DNA of 24,000 nucleotides from Clostridium sp. CAG:138 (lineage in GTDB: Bacteria; Bacillota; Clostridia; Christensenellales; CAG-138): the NCBI GenBank assembly GCA_000435055.1, contig FR879709.1:129961-153960 (forward strand), given 5' to 3'. Of this stretch, positions 1 to 9,828 are shown in pieces. A program made the position numbers and the translations under genes. Below the pieces are notes generated by a model, which saw only the letters and a program-made list of their open reading frames with translations, had not been told where the DNA came from and did no database searches. Positions within the stretch are counted from its first letter, which is position 1. Each line of letters begins with the position of its first letter.

Positions 1-71
1 CCGAGCAGCCCCGTCAACCCATAACTTGTGATTCTTGCCAGCATATTTCCCCCTTTGTCCGAATAAAGCCA

Positions 72-96
72 TACCGAGTGATTTTTTCACTCGGTA
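72..96 (-). terminator. putative intrinsic terminator/hairpin downstream of the GtrA-like gene
   Basis: Perfect 10-bp inverted repeat TACCGAGTGA-TTTTT-TCACTCGGTA located 24 nt after the stop of the minus-strand ORF 120..671; the T-run downstream on the minus strand is weak. Confidence 0.45.
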
Positions 97-119
97 AGCC
101 GTTAAACGAGTATTAACAT

Positions 120-671
120 TTAATCTTCAGTGTTCAGATTGACTTTTTTCTCTTTTTCGTCGTTTTTCATGGAAGGAGCCTCAGCAGGTTTGAACACAAA
201 AAGCTTGTTGCCGACGAAGTTTACGATTATGCAAATGCAGGTCGAAAGCAGCATGCACGCTCTTTCGCCGTTAATTATCTTTGTGAGCCACTGCGGAAGC
301 CCAAGACTCATCCACCAATCATCAATATGCAAAGCATTGGTAAACAGCCAGATAAGACCGAGCGAAACAAGCAATACACCCAGATTAACTGCAATAAAGC
401 TTATGATTTCGCGCGCATCCTGTCTGCGCTCTTCTTTAAATGTCCAACGGCTGTTCAGAATATAGCTGTTCAGAATGCCGGCACAATAGCCGACAACTTT
501 TGAAACATAAACCGTCCAACCGCCCGTAAACGGTATTGCAAGCACGATGCTCAGCACCGTGCTGATGACCATGTCTATAAGTGTGTTGCCGATTCCCACC
601 AAGCCGAATTTAATCAGCTGGAAAAAGCTTTTTTTTGCGGCTGTGCCGCCGTTTTTTTCGTTTGAACTCAT
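120..671 (-). CDS. GtrA-like family membrane protein (putative polyprenyl-linked sugar flippase component)
   Basis: 183 aa ORF; 'QLIKFGLVGIGNTLIDMVISTVLS' and several TM segments, typical of the GtrA/DPMS family; adjacent to glycosyltransferase genes. Confidence 0.8.
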   Translation of the reverse strand: MSSNEKNGGTAAKKSFFQLIKFGLVGIGNTLIDMVISTVLSIVLAIPFTGGWTVYVSKVVGYCAGILNSYILNSRWTFKEERRQDAREIISFIAVNLGVLLVSLGLIWLFTNALHIDDWWMSLGLPQWLTKIINGERACMLLSTCICIIVNFVGNKLFVFKPAEAPSMKNDEKEKKVNLNTED

Positions 672-825
672 TATTGAAACTTACTCCTTTACGCGGCAGC
701 GAACAATATGCCCGCCCAAAAGCCGGCTGCGACAGGTTTTCTGTCGAATTGTCCGCCGCACGCATTATCTTCTTCACCCCGTCCGCACCGGAAGCACGGG
801 CATCGGGCTTGTGTTCGGTATTTTT

Positions 826-3591
826 TTACCAAGTGCCGAAGAATGTCCATGTGGGCAGCCATTCAAGTGCACGTATATATTCCCTGCTGACCTGAATGCC
901 GCTGATTACGGGATAGAAAACCGCAAACAGCACGATCGCAGCAGCAAGCCAAATGAACTTGATCTTCGGAACGAATTTTGCTCCGCCGGAAATCATGTCG
1001 CCGCGTTCGAGCGGTATGTAGTAGAACTTATCCTCATAGTGCTTGAGCACATATACAGAGGCAAGTATTATCATCGGCACGGTCGCAAAGTAATGATATA
1101 CGAACACGCAGCGGGAAATCAGCATCCAGGGCAGCATGGACGATGCCATGCAGGCAAAGATGAAGAATATCTCCGCATTGAGCCTGAACCTGTTGCGCAG
1201 GAACATGATGAACAGCGTCAACGTGCCTGCAAAGCAGATCCACCATACCGCGGGGTTGCCGAAAGTTGAAATGGTTCCGAACTTTGTTGTGTCCGGATTC
1301 TGTCCTCCGGAATAGAACCACACCGGGCGGTTTCCGAGAGGCCATTCATACCATGCGGACTGATACGGATGCGTTGAATTGAGCCCGCTGTGGTAACTGA
1401 ACATATATTTTTGATTGTCAATAACGCCGTCCACATAAGTCTTGACCTTTTCGGAGAAGGTCAAAACTTCGCCCTCGGGTTCCTCATTGTACTCGAGCTG
1501 TCCGGCGGCACGAAGGCGTGCAATCTTTGTTTGCTCCGCATTAGGCTTCCATTGCGCCGTGTAATACGGTCTGTATGCTGCCGAGTAAATCGCAACGGGA
1601 ATGATGATGAAGAACAGGAGACAGAACAGGCAGGTTTTTATGAACCGTGCCGGGAACTTTCTCGCGTTCGCAACCGCAGGATCGGCCTCTTCCGCTTTTG
1701 TGAGCTTGGCATTTTTAATCTTGTTTGCCTTTACCCAAAGGGTTATCATCTTAACAAAGAACATAACCGCAAGCGCAGCACCGGTATATATGCAGATCCA
1801 TTTGCTTGCGCAGCCCAAACCGAAGAACAAACCCGAAAGCCCGAGCGGTATAAGAGTGTCCTTAAGGCTGTCGCCGAGATCCATCTTTATGAATTTGTAC
1901 ATGTAGTACGTCATGCACATATTGAAGAACACGCCGTATACGTCAATGGTCGAAATTCGAGTCTGCGAAAAATGCATGAAATCGAATGCAAACAACCCCG
2001 CCGCAAGCAGCGCAAGCTCGGGACGCTTGAACATGCGCTTGCCGAACGCATACATCAGGGGAATCATTGCAACGCCGAACAGCGCACCCATGATTCGCCA
2101 GCCGAAGGGATTCATGCCGAATATCGCAACGCCGACGGAAATGATTATTTTTCCGAGCGGAGGATGCGAAACCTCGTAGACACTAAGATTATGCAGATGT
2201 TCATATGCGGTTCGTGCGTGGTAGAGCTCATCGAAATACATGCCGGTCATGTAACTTGGGTATTCCGGCACGCAGTCCTGTTCATCGACAAGAGCCGCTG
2301 CGGATGCATCGTTCACCGTAACATGAAGCAGGTTGCCTGCCGTGTCAAAGAACGCAAGCTCGTTTATCCATGCTTCGCCGCTCACAACTGTCAGCGTGAT
2401 GTTTTTTGTTGTGCTGTGCAGGCTGCTGTTGCGAACCCACCTGTACATTGTTCCGAAACGCTGGTCGATTTCGACTGATTTGCCGTCATCTCCGGTGAGC
2501 TTGAATACAGTCGTTCCTTTTGAGCCGCTGCCGCCGGTAATTCCACCGTCATGCCAAACACTGCTGATGGTAACCGTATCATCAAATGTCAGCGTTACGG
2601 TTGTGCCCGGCGTTCCCTTCCATTCGCTGTCCGGTGCTTTTGTGGAGCCGAGATTCGTGACGGCAAGAATGCCGTAAACAAGAGTCAATGCAATAACGAA
2701 TATCCAGTCTTTTTTTGTATAGTGAAGCTTTGTATCCGTTTTTTGGGGGATAACAGGCTTTGTGTCAAAAATGCTCGGAGCAAGCTGCGCAGGGGTTTTG
2801 ATGGGATCGCCTTTGCGCGCCTTGTCCATTGATTTTTCAAGCTTGAGCAGGAAATAGATCGCAATGGGCAAAAGGATGTAAATGCAGAGCATGATAACGA
2901 TCATCTTTGTTCTTGCGGCGTATTCCGCATCACTCATACCCGTTGTGTTATCCGAGGATTGTGATGATGAAGTCTTTGTTTCAAAGCTTTGAATTTCGCC
3001 GTTGTAGCTTGTGAGCTTTTCAATTTTAAAATCGTCAAAGTAGGCAATGCCCATGCTCGTGCTGCTGAAATTGCCGAGTCTGCATCCGATTTTAAGTTTG
3101 GACTGTCCGCTTCCGGTTTTGCCGACAAGCTCAACCATTGTCCAATCAGTTGTGCCGAGAACAGGCGTTGAATAACAGGTTCGGTCCTCAAGAGCAATAT
3201 TTGCACCCGCTCCGCCGCTTACATTTTCGGTTTTGATGTAGCAGCTGAGTTTGTAAATCGTGTTTGCCTGAACGGAAACTGTCTGCGTGAAGTGTGCATC
3301 ATCAAGTTCTGCATTCGTGAGCTTCACGACATTGCCGCGCGCAGCATCCTTCACTACAACCGCGTTTGACACGGAAGTATCGTTTAAATAGGATGTGTAT
3401 TCCCACCCCTTCGGCATAAGGCCGCTTGAGTCGAGGCTTTCGAAGCTGCCGTTCGCAATGTTTGCGCTTCCTCCGCTTTTCGGGGAAGCAAGCAGCAGAA
3501 CGATGCCGAAAATAACACATACTGCCGCAATAATTGCAAGGCTGACAGTGAGTGTCTTTTTGTTTATCTTTTTCATTTCGTTTACTCTCAT
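826..3591 (-). CDS. dolichyl-phosphate-mannose--protein mannosyltransferase family (GT39/PMT) protein with extra beta-sandwich-like extracytoplasmic domains
   Basis: PMT hallmarks 'FDELYHARTAYEHL', 'VSHPPLGKIII', 'FGMNPFGWRIMGALFGVAMIPLMYAFGKRMF', 'QTRISTIDVYGVFF'; many TM segments; N-terminal ~200 aa resembles a carbohydrate-binding module. Start could be 3591 (ATGA overlap with the upstream gene) or 3576. Confidence 0.85.
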   Translation of the reverse strand: MRVNEMKKINKKTLTVSLAIIAAVCVIFGIVLLLASPKSGGSANIANGSFESLDSSGLMPKGWEYTSYLNDTSVSNAVVVKDAARGNVVKLTNAELDDAHFTQTVSVQANTIYKLSCYIKTENVSGGAGANIALEDRTCYSTPVLGTTDWTMVELVGKTGSGQSKLKIGCRLGNFSSTSMGIAYFDDFKIEKLTSYNGEIQSFETKTSSSQSSDNTTGMSDAEYAARTKMIVIMLCIYILLPIAIYFLLKLEKSMDKARKGDPIKTPAQLAPSIFDTKPVIPQKTDTKLHYTKKDWIFVIALTLVYGILAVTNLGSTKAPDSEWKGTPGTTVTLTFDDTVTISSVWHDGGITGGSGSKGTTVFKLTGDDGKSVEIDQRFGTMYRWVRNSSLHSTTKNITLTVVSGEAWINELAFFDTAGNLLHVTVNDASAAALVDEQDCVPEYPSYMTGMYFDELYHARTAYEHLHNLSVYEVSHPPLGKIIISVGVAIFGMNPFGWRIMGALFGVAMIPLMYAFGKRMFKRPELALLAAGLFAFDFMHFSQTRISTIDVYGVFFNMCMTYYMYKFIKMDLGDSLKDTLIPLGLSGLFFGLGCASKWICIYTGAALAVMFFVKMITLWVKANKIKNAKLTKAEEADPAVANARKFPARFIKTCLFCLLFFIIIPVAIYSAAYRPYYTAQWKPNAEQTKIARLRAAGQLEYNEEPEGEVLTFSEKVKTYVDGVIDNQKYMFSYHSGLNSTHPYQSAWYEWPLGNRPVWFYSGGQNPDTTKFGTISTFGNPAVWWICFAGTLTLFIMFLRNRFRLNAEIFFIFACMASSMLPWMLISRCVFVYHYFATVPMIILASVYVLKHYEDKFYYIPLERGDMISGGAKFVPKIKFIWLAAAIVLFAVFYPVISGIQVSREYIRALEWLPTWTFFGTW

Positions 3592-5102
3592 TTCTCTGCT
3601 TTTCGTGCAGGAACAGTTTTTTGTGGTTTCGCCGAAGCATCATCATCCGCGAAAACATCGGCTTTTACTCTTCCGCGGAGCATAATATCCGTGCAAATGC
3701 CGCAGAATATTATAAACAATATGACGTTTGCAAGTGAGCACCAGAACACAAGGCGTTCATCCCAATAGAGGTGGTACTCATGCAGTTTGCTGTAATAAAA
3801 TGCTGCAATGCAGTTCACAAGCGTTGTTGCGCTCCAGCACATGAACATGCTGATAAGTCGCCTGTCGCCGTAGCTGATGTAAGCAACAAGCAGCAGAAGC
3901 AGCACGGGAAACAGGTAGCGTTCGTGCATGTAGTGGCCGAGAGTGAAAAGCGAGGCGAATGTGAATGCGGTTGCAAGACTCAACGCGCCGGAATGCTTTT
4001 TCCTGCCGAAGAAATACAGAACACCGCCGAAACCGACTGAAAGAACCATCAGAACGGTGCCGAGCTGGCCGTAAGTCAGCCCGAGAATTGCCTTCTCGGT
4101 TATCGGGGTCCAATTCTTTCCGAACAATGTGTAAATATTGTATGCATTTACGCTTGCGTATTTATAAGAAGTAGCGGTTCCCATATATTTTTGAAGGATA
4201 ATGGAATACCACGGCATGGTGTCATCGGCAAACGGAATTACGGACACAATGATAAGTGCGCAGGCGCAGGCGACCGCAGCAACGGTTTTCATTATTCGCG
4301 TTCCGACTCCGTCCGCACATTTTCTGCCTGTCGGACTGAAGAAATCCGGATCGAAAATATAGCAGAAATATGCAATCGCAAGAAGGGGACCCGCCATCAA
4401 AGCCTGCGGCTTGAGCAGGATTGATAATCCGTAAACAAAACCCGCAAGAATCGGTTTGTTCGAATTGAGCAGAATAATGCTTATTACAAGCAGGATCGAA
4501 AGAATCTGATCGATCTGTCCCCATCCTCCGGAAACATAGATGAAAACGGGGCAGAATGCTGCAAGGCACATAAGAAGGTACGCGGCCTCAAAGCGAAGTT
4601 TTTTGCGCGCAAGCCTGTAAACAAGATACGCCGAGCCTATATCGGCAATTATCGACGGGAGTTTTATCATTGTGACATAGAATATGTCGTACGAGCCGTC
4701 CGCCGCATAAACGCCGTGACCGAAAAGATCCGCTATGCGCGCCATCAACCCCAAAACATACATATATCCCGGCGGATAATCCGGAAAATTGGTTTGAGGA
4801 TTATAGAAGTTTTGAAAGCCGTTTCTGAATATTTTGTTTCCCCACGATGTGAAACAGCCTATATCGGTTTTGTGTCCGACAATATAGTAGGAAAAAAGAA
4901 TATGCAGCAGCAGCGAAGCAAGCAGCGTCCACACAACAAGGAGATTGTCTGATTTGTCGCGTACACCGTTCACAAGAACGGCTCTGCTTTTTTTGATGCT
5001 TACATAGACCATGTAGATCAGCAAAAAGGCAATCGTTGCCAAAATGGAAGCGATCAGTATTTGCTCGGTCGGAAATTTGGTCGGCGTCATATTGAATGCC
5101 AT
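3588..5102 (-). CDS. polytopic membrane glycosyltransferase (GT-C type, mannosyltransferase-like)
   Basis: Multi-TM ORF with 'NPQTNFPDYPPGYMYVLGLMARIAD' and 'GGWGQIDQILSILLV', typical of GT-C enzymes. The ORF track starts at 5180, but AAGGAGG lies immediately upstream of the ATG at 5102 (an alternative ATG is at 5090). Confidence 0.75.
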   Translation of the reverse strand: MAFNMTPTKFPTEQILIASILATIAFLLIYMVYVSIKKSRAVLVNGVRDKSDNLLVVWTLLASLLLHILFSYYIVGHKTDIGCFTSWGNKIFRNGFQNFYNPQTNFPDYPPGYMYVLGLMARIADLFGHGVYAADGSYDIFYVTMIKLPSIIADIGSAYLVYRLARKKLRFEAAYLLMCLAAFCPVFIYVSGGWGQIDQILSILLVISIILLNSNKPILAGFVYGLSILLKPQALMAGPLLAIAYFCYIFDPDFFSPTGRKCADGVGTRIMKTVAAVACACALIIVSVIPFADDTMPWYSIILQKYMGTATSYKYASVNAYNIYTLFGKNWTPITEKAILGLTYGQLGTVLMVLSVGFGGVLYFFGRKKHSGALSLATAFTFASLFTLGHYMHERYLFPVLLLLLVAYISYGDRRLISMFMCWSATTLVNCIAAFYYSKLHEYHLYWDERLVFWCSLANVILFIIFCGICTDIMLRGRVKADVFADDDASAKPQKTVPARKAEK

Positions 5103-5195
5103 CCTCCTTATGAAAGCCTGCTGTAAGATGCCGAATGCGTCCGGCTGACCTCTGTCACACCGCTCACGTTCGCGCATCATACACCGATTTTATTT

Positions 5196-5224
5196 ATTTT
5201 ACCATATTATGTTCAAAATTTGAA
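5196..5224 (-). promoter_or_regulatory. putative sigma-A promoter for the glycosyltransferase/PMT/GtrA operon
   Basis: Minus strand TTCAAA-17 bp-TAAAAT with an extended -10 TGG. Confidence 0.4.
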
Positions 5225-5302
5225 GTGCCGAACGCAAAAAAAAGCAGCAAACAACAAAATTGAAAGCTGCGGGAAAAGTCGATAACGGATTTTTTATTTT
5301 GT

Positions 5303-5680
5303 TTAAATCGTAAATGCATTTTCTATATGTCTGATTTTATGTTCCGAAAGTATCACTTCAATTATATCGAAGCGATAGTAAACCGCCTTTTGCCTGTAAT
5401 TTGCCGCAAAATACTTTGCAGCGTAAGCCATGTTTGCTCTTTTTGCAGAACCGACACGCAGCATCGGCGGCAGCTCCTTTGAATCGAGAGCGGTCTTGAC
5501 CTCGACAAAGGCAACGGTGCTTCCTTTTTTTGCGATTATATCAATCTCCTTGTGTGCAACACGGTAATTGCGCTGAAGGATTCGGTACCCGTGCAAACGA
5601 AGGTAAAGCCTTGCCAAACGCTCCCCTCTTGCACCGATGCGCTGCTGTTTGCTTCCGTTTTCAATATTCAGCCGTTCCAA
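5303..5680 (-). CDS. yraN: YraN/UPF0102 family nuclease-like protein
   Basis: 'RIGARGERLARLYLRLHGYRILQRNYRVAHKEIDIIAKKGSTVAFVEVKTA' is the YraN core. A TTG start at 5680 preceded by GGAGG gives 125 aa without overlapping rnhB; the longer ORF to 5797 is probably not the true N-terminus. Confidence 0.88.
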   Translation of the reverse strand: MERLNIENGSKQQRIGARGERLARLYLRLHGYRILQRNYRVAHKEIDIIAKKGSTVAFVEVKTALDSKELPPMLRVGSAKRANMAYAAKYFAANYRQKAVYYRFDIIEVILSEHKIRHIENAFTI

Positions 5681-5714
5681 TTGCACCTCCGATCGGGTGT
5701 ATACAGCAACGCGG

Positions 5715-6374
5715 TCAGCATTCACCGCGTTCCGCAAGAATTTTTTTGATGAAGCTGCGCCTGTGAAGTTCGCACGGACCGAATTCACGAAGCGCATCCA
5801 TATGCTGCTTTGTTCCGTAACCGACGTTTTTTTCGAAACCGTACTGCGGAAATTTCTCCGCTGCGGCGATCATGTATCTGTCTCTTTCCACTTTTGCAAC
5901 TATGCTTGCCGCCGCAATGGAATAACACAATGCATCGCCGTGGATAAGGCTGTGCTGCACGGCGGGAATATCAAGTTCTTTAACGGCATCAACAAAAACG
6001 TCGCTGCACACGTAATCGCCCGGGCAATGCGCCAAAGCATTCCTGTAAGCTTCGGCAAACGCCTTTTTTGTTGCCTGAAGAATATTTATCTCATCAATTT
6101 CCTTTTGAAACACCCATCCTGTGCCGAAAGCTGTCGCTCCGCCTGTAATAAGCGGGTAAAGCTTTTCCATGCGCTTCTTTGTAAGCTTTTTGGAATCGTT
6201 CACGCCCTCTGTCACAAATCCCGGAGGAAGGATCACGCATGCGGCAACAACGGGGCCCGCGAGCGGTCCGCGCCCGACTTCATCCATTCCCGCAACGGCG
6301 ATACCGCGTTCCCAGAACGGGCGTTCGTATTGAGTCATTTGTTCAAGCCGTTCGGCCTCGTTAATCTTTTTCAT
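5715..6374 (-). CDS. rnhB: ribonuclease HII
   Basis: 'GIAVAGMDEVGRGPLAGPVVAACVILPPG' and 'NVGYGTKQHMDALREFGPCELHRRSF' are conserved RNase HII motifs. Confidence 0.95.
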   Translation of the reverse strand: MKKINEAERLEQMTQYERPFWERGIAVAGMDEVGRGPLAGPVVAACVILPPGFVTEGVNDSKKLTKKRMEKLYPLITGGATAFGTGWVFQKEIDEINILQATKKAFAEAYRNALAHCPGDYVCSDVFVDAVKELDIPAVQHSLIHGDALCYSIAAASIVAKVERDRYMIAAAEKFPQYGFEKNVGYGTKQHMDALREFGPCELHRRSFIKKILAERGEC

Positions 6375-7263
6375 TGTTTATATCGGTTTGCTCCGCTTGC
6401 TGGGGTTCGAAATTATCCGTGGGGTTTTCAAGAGCAACGGCGGCAATTTTGCCCGCACGATACTCATCAAGAACTATTCTTGCGCCGCGTTCCGTATCAA
6501 AAACTCCGCCCGAAAGAATAAACCCGCGGCTGCGGCACACGCCTTCCAGCAGAAGCTCGGGAATATCCTGTTTCGGATCAAGCTTTTTGTATCTTGCCGT
6601 CAAAGCCTCCGGGCATATGCGCACAAGGTCAAAAAGCAGCAGGGCCGAAATTTCCTCGATATCAAGCACATCATCCCGAATCGAACCAATATATGCAAGA
6701 TGCTTTGCAAGTATCTCGTTATCCAACTTGCCCCAAAGCAAACCCGGAGTGTCAAGAAGCTCGAGATAGTCCGAAACTTTGACCCATTGCTTTGACCGCG
6801 TAACGCCCGGACGATCGCCGACCTGCGCTCTTGCCGCGCCCGCAATACGATTGATGAAAGTGGATTTTCCGACATTCGGAACGCCGACGACCATTGCGCG
6901 CAAAGTTTTTTTAATGCCTTTTTCGCGATACCGCCGAACGGTCTCCTCCCCCGTTTTTTCAATAAGCTCAATTGCACGTTTGCGTGTTGAGGGCTGAGTT
7001 GAGATAAACTCCGCAGCTGTGATTCCCTGCTTTGCAAAATAACTTATCCATGCGCGATTCTGAGTTTTTGATGAAAGGTCACTTTTATTAAGAACAACAA
7101 CACGCAGCTTGTTTTTGAAAAGAGCTTCGAAATCGGGATTGCGGCAAGCCATCGGTGCGCGTGCATCGACAATTTCGATTATCATGTCAACAAGCTTTAA
7201 GTTGTCCTCCAGCATACGTCTGGCTTTTGCCATGTGCCCGGGATACCAATTTATCGTGTGCAT
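6361..7263 (-). CDS. rbgA: ribosome biogenesis GTPase RbgA/YlqF
   Basis: Circularly permuted GTPase: 'INWYPGHMAKARRML', 'VVLNKSDL', 'MVVGVPNVGKSTFINRIAG', 'LLDTPGLLW'; good SD upstream. Confidence 0.95.
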   Translation of the reverse strand: MHTINWYPGHMAKARRMLEDNLKLVDMIIEIVDARAPMACRNPDFEALFKNKLRVVVLNKSDLSSKTQNRAWISYFAKQGITAAEFISTQPSTRKRAIELIEKTGEETVRRYREKGIKKTLRAMVVGVPNVGKSTFINRIAGAARAQVGDRPGVTRSKQWVKVSDYLELLDTPGLLWGKLDNEILAKHLAYIGSIRDDVLDIEEISALLLFDLVRICPEALTARYKKLDPKQDIPELLLEGVCRSRGFILSGGVFDTERGARIVLDEYRAGKIAAVALENPTDNFEPQQAEQTDINNEKD

Positions 7264-7384
7264 GGGTTTTACCTCCGAAACAGGTTGATAATTCTTTTTT
7301 TGCGGCAGTCATCGGCGCGAAACGGAATTCGGCAGCTTTTTGCAGCGGCGGCAAAGCCCCGCAATGCCTGCGCAAAATCGATAT

Positions 7385-7419
7385 AAAATCAGCCTCCTTC
7401 CCCGTTTGGGTCGGGAGGC
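7385..7419 (-). terminator. putative intrinsic terminator after rplS
   Basis: Minus strand GCCTCCCGACCC-AAAC-GGGGAAGGAGGC hairpin followed by TGATTTTAT, just past the L19 stop. Confidence 0.5.
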
Positions 7420-7444
7420 CTTTTCAGAAAAAGGAAAATCTTGA

Positions 7445-7798
7445 TTACTTGGTAACGATGCGTTCTTTGATCTTTGCAGCCTTACCGGTCCTCTCACGGA
7501 GGTAATAGAGCTTCGCCCTGCGGACAACGCCGTGGCGAACAACTTCAATCCTGCCGATGCGCGGGCTGTGATAGGGGAAAGTCCTCTCAACACCTACACC
7601 GTAGCTGATACGGCGAACGGTGAAAGTCTTGCGGATGCCGCCGCCCTGCATTTTGATGACGATGCCTTCAAAATTCTGGAGCCTTTCGCGGTTTCCTTCA
7701 ACGACCTTAACGTATACGCGAACGGTGTCACCGATTTCGAGCTTGGGAAGATCGGAACGAAGCTGCTCTTTTTCGAGTTCTCTGATGATGTCTGACAT
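7445..7798 (-). CDS. rplS: 50S ribosomal protein L19
   Basis: '[60 protein letters not shown]'; start at ATG 7798 with AAGGAG upstream. Confidence 0.97.
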   Translation of the reverse strand: MSDIIRELEKEQLRSDLPKLEIGDTVRVYVKVVEGNRERLQNFEGIVIKMQGGGIRKTFTVRRISYGVGVERTFPYHSPRIGRIEVVRHGVVRRAKLYYLRERTGKAAKIKERIVTK

Positions 7799-7934
7799 AG
7801 TAATCTCCTTATTTACAGATGTTCTTAGCCGACCTGCGACCAGCGGACCATCCAATTAACCATAGAATTATAGCATTTTTCTGCACAGAATGCAAGAGCA
7901 ATTTTTCAAAAAATGAGCAGAGACGCAATATATA

Positions 7935-8666
7935 TTACTCATTTTCCAACGATTGCAGGTATTTTTTATCCGCCGCAGTCAGATTTGCCCTTTCAAGAAG
8001 GTCCGGACGCATCTGTTTTGTTTTTTTGAGAGCTTCCTGCCTCCGCCAACGCAGAATTTCGGCATGGTTGCCGTTCAGCAGCACGGGCGGAACCTCTCTG
8101 CCCCTGAAATTCGCGGGACGCGTGTACTGAGGGTATTCCAGCAGTCCCCAGTCGGAAAAGCTTTCCTCCTCGGTTGATTCGGAGCTTCCGAGCACACCGG
8201 GAATGAACCTTGAAACGCAGTCGATAACGACCATTGCGGGCAATTCGCCGCCCGTCAGAACATAGTCGCCGATTGAAATTTCATCATCGATAAGTTCCGA
8301 TACGCGTTCGTCAATGCCTTCATAATGCCCCGCAAGGAAAAGAAGACGCTTCTCCGAAGCGAGTTCTTTTGCAAGTGCCGGTGTCAGCACTCTGCCGCGC
8401 GGACTCATCACAATGCAGCGCGGCTTTTCAGGAGCTTCGGCTGCGACGCTTTCGATGCAGTCAAAAATCGGCTGCGCAAGCATGACCATGCCCGCCCCGC
8501 CTCCGAACGGATAATCATCGGTATTACGGTGCTTGTTCTGCGAAAAATCACGTATATTATGCGTTTTGAATTCCAAAATGCCCTTTGATGCCGCCCTGCC
8601 GAGAATGCTTGATGACAGGATATTGCTGAACATTTCGGGAAAAATTGTAAGAATATCAATCCTCAA
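7935..8666 (-). CDS. trmD: tRNA (guanine-N1)-methyltransferase
   Basis: 'RIDILTIFPEMFSNILSSSILGRA' and 'LLFLAGHYEGIDERV...DDEISIGDYVLTGGELPAMV' are TrmD signatures; likely TTG start at 8666 overlapping the rimM stop (the ORF track extends to 8726). Confidence 0.95.
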   Translation of the reverse strand: MRIDILTIFPEMFSNILSSSILGRAASKGILEFKTHNIRDFSQNKHRNTDDYPFGGGAGMVMLAQPIFDCIESVAAEAPEKPRCIVMSPRGRVLTPALAKELASEKRLLFLAGHYEGIDERVSELIDDEISIGDYVLTGGELPAMVVIDCVSRFIPGVLGSSESTEEESFSDWGLLEYPQYTRPANFRGREVPPVLLNGNHAEILRWRRQEALKKTKQMRPDLLERANLTAADKKYLQSLENE

Positions 8667-9177
8667 ACAGTCCAACCTCCGCAAGAATTTCGGAATCAAA
8701 AACAATTCGCTTGTTTTCGATATCAACGCTTGAAAGCAGTTTTTTCAGTGCAGGAACGGAAAGCCTTTTTGCGCCTTTGATAACATAAACGTCCGTTGAC
8801 GGTGTTTCGTACACATCGACCACTCTGCCGAGTGCATCACCCAATGTCGAAAAAACCTCACAGCCTATGATGTCCTTCACAAAATATGCACCTGCGGGAA
8901 GCTTTACGGCGTGTTCTCTGTCCACGCAAAGGTATTTGTCGCGAAGTTTTTCGGCGGCTTCAACGGTGTCAATTCCCTTGAGTTTAATTATCACGGAATT
9001 CTCGGCGGCAACCCTTGCGCTTTCCGCGGTGACTGTTTGATAAACGCCCTCGGGCGCCTCGATAAAGGCATCCGAAAGGCGTGCAAATCGTTTTAAATCA
9101 TCGGTCAAGGGGAGCAATTTCAGCTCACCCTTGATGCCGTGCGGGCGCAGAAACAGCCCGATACGAAAATAATCCAT
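8656..9177 (-). CDS. rimM: ribosome maturation factor RimM
   Basis: 'FRIGLFLRPHGIKGELKLLPLTDD' and 'YFVKDIIGCEVFSTLGDALGRVVDV'; located between khpA and trmD. Confidence 0.93.
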   Translation of the reverse strand: MDYFRIGLFLRPHGIKGELKLLPLTDDLKRFARLSDAFIEAPEGVYQTVTAESARVAAENSVIIKLKGIDTVEAAEKLRDKYLCVDREHAVKLPAGAYFVKDIIGCEVFSTLGDALGRVVDVYETPSTDVYVIKGAKRLSVPALKKLLSSVDIENKRIVFDSEILAEVGLFED

Positions 9178-9204
9178 AGACAAAACTTGTGAGTTCCGGT
9201 ACGG

Positions 9205-9477
9205 TTACAGAATGTCAACTCTGTATTTCTTTTCGCTTTTTACCGAAGCGGCGCGAACAACGGTGCGGATTGCTTTTGCGATACGCCCCTGTTTGCCAAT
9301 AACTTTGCCCATATCGTCCTTGGCAACGGAAAGCTCAATTGTGGTTTCCTCGCCTGCTTCGTCAGCCTTGACGGCAACCTTTACCTCGCTCGGTTCGTCA
9401 ACAAGACTCTTTGCAATGAATTCAACAAGAGCCGCAATATCGGGAACCTGAGTTTCGGTAATGATTTCTTCGCTCAT
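9205..9477 (-). CDS. khpA: KH domain RNA-binding protein KhpA
   Basis: 'DMGKVIGKQGRIAKAIRTVVRAA' KH motif; start ATG at 9477 overlaps the rpsP stop (TGATG), so the longer ORF to 9549 is not needed. Confidence 0.92.
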   Translation of the reverse strand: MSEEIITETQVPDIAALVEFIAKSLVDEPSEVKVAVKADEAGEETTIELSVAKDDMGKVIGKQGRIAKAIRTVVRAASVKSEKKYRVDIL

Positions 9478-9719
9478 CAGTCGATAACGCCGTGCTTTTT
9501 GAACAGACCGCGAACGGTTTCCGTGGGCTGCGCACCGTTCTTGATCCACTGCTTTGCCTTGTCGCCGTCAACAACGACCTGTTCGGGATCGGTGAGGGGG
9601 TTGTAATAGCCGATTTCCTCTACGAAAGCACCGTCACGGGGTGCGCGGGAATCCGCAACAACGATACGATAGAAAGGAGCCTTCTTTGCGCCCATTCTGC
9701 GAAGCCTGATTTTAAGCAT
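9477..9719 (-). CDS. rpsP: 30S ribosomal protein S16
   Basis: '[42 protein letters not shown]'. Confidence 0.98.
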   Translation of the reverse strand: MLKIRLRRMGAKKAPFYRIVVADSRAPRDGAFVEEIGYYNPLTDPEQVVVDGDKAKQWIKNGAQPTETVRGLFKKHGVID

Positions 9720-9828
9720 GATAGTTCCTCCAAATTAAATAGAAAGTCTTTGTTGAATATCCAATCGGGCATAAGCCCGCTGTTGGTGATTTTGTTGTTT
9801 GATGCAGATTGAAAAACCTTTTGCTGCA

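Noticed and set aside
1390-2478. Plus-strand 362-aa ORF opposite the PMT gene
   Set aside because: Antisense shadow ORF with no recognisable domains.
5637-6521. Plus-strand 294-aa ORF opposite rnhB
   Set aside because: Antisense to a clearly recognised rnhB; Cys/Arg/His-rich composition typical of shadow ORFs.
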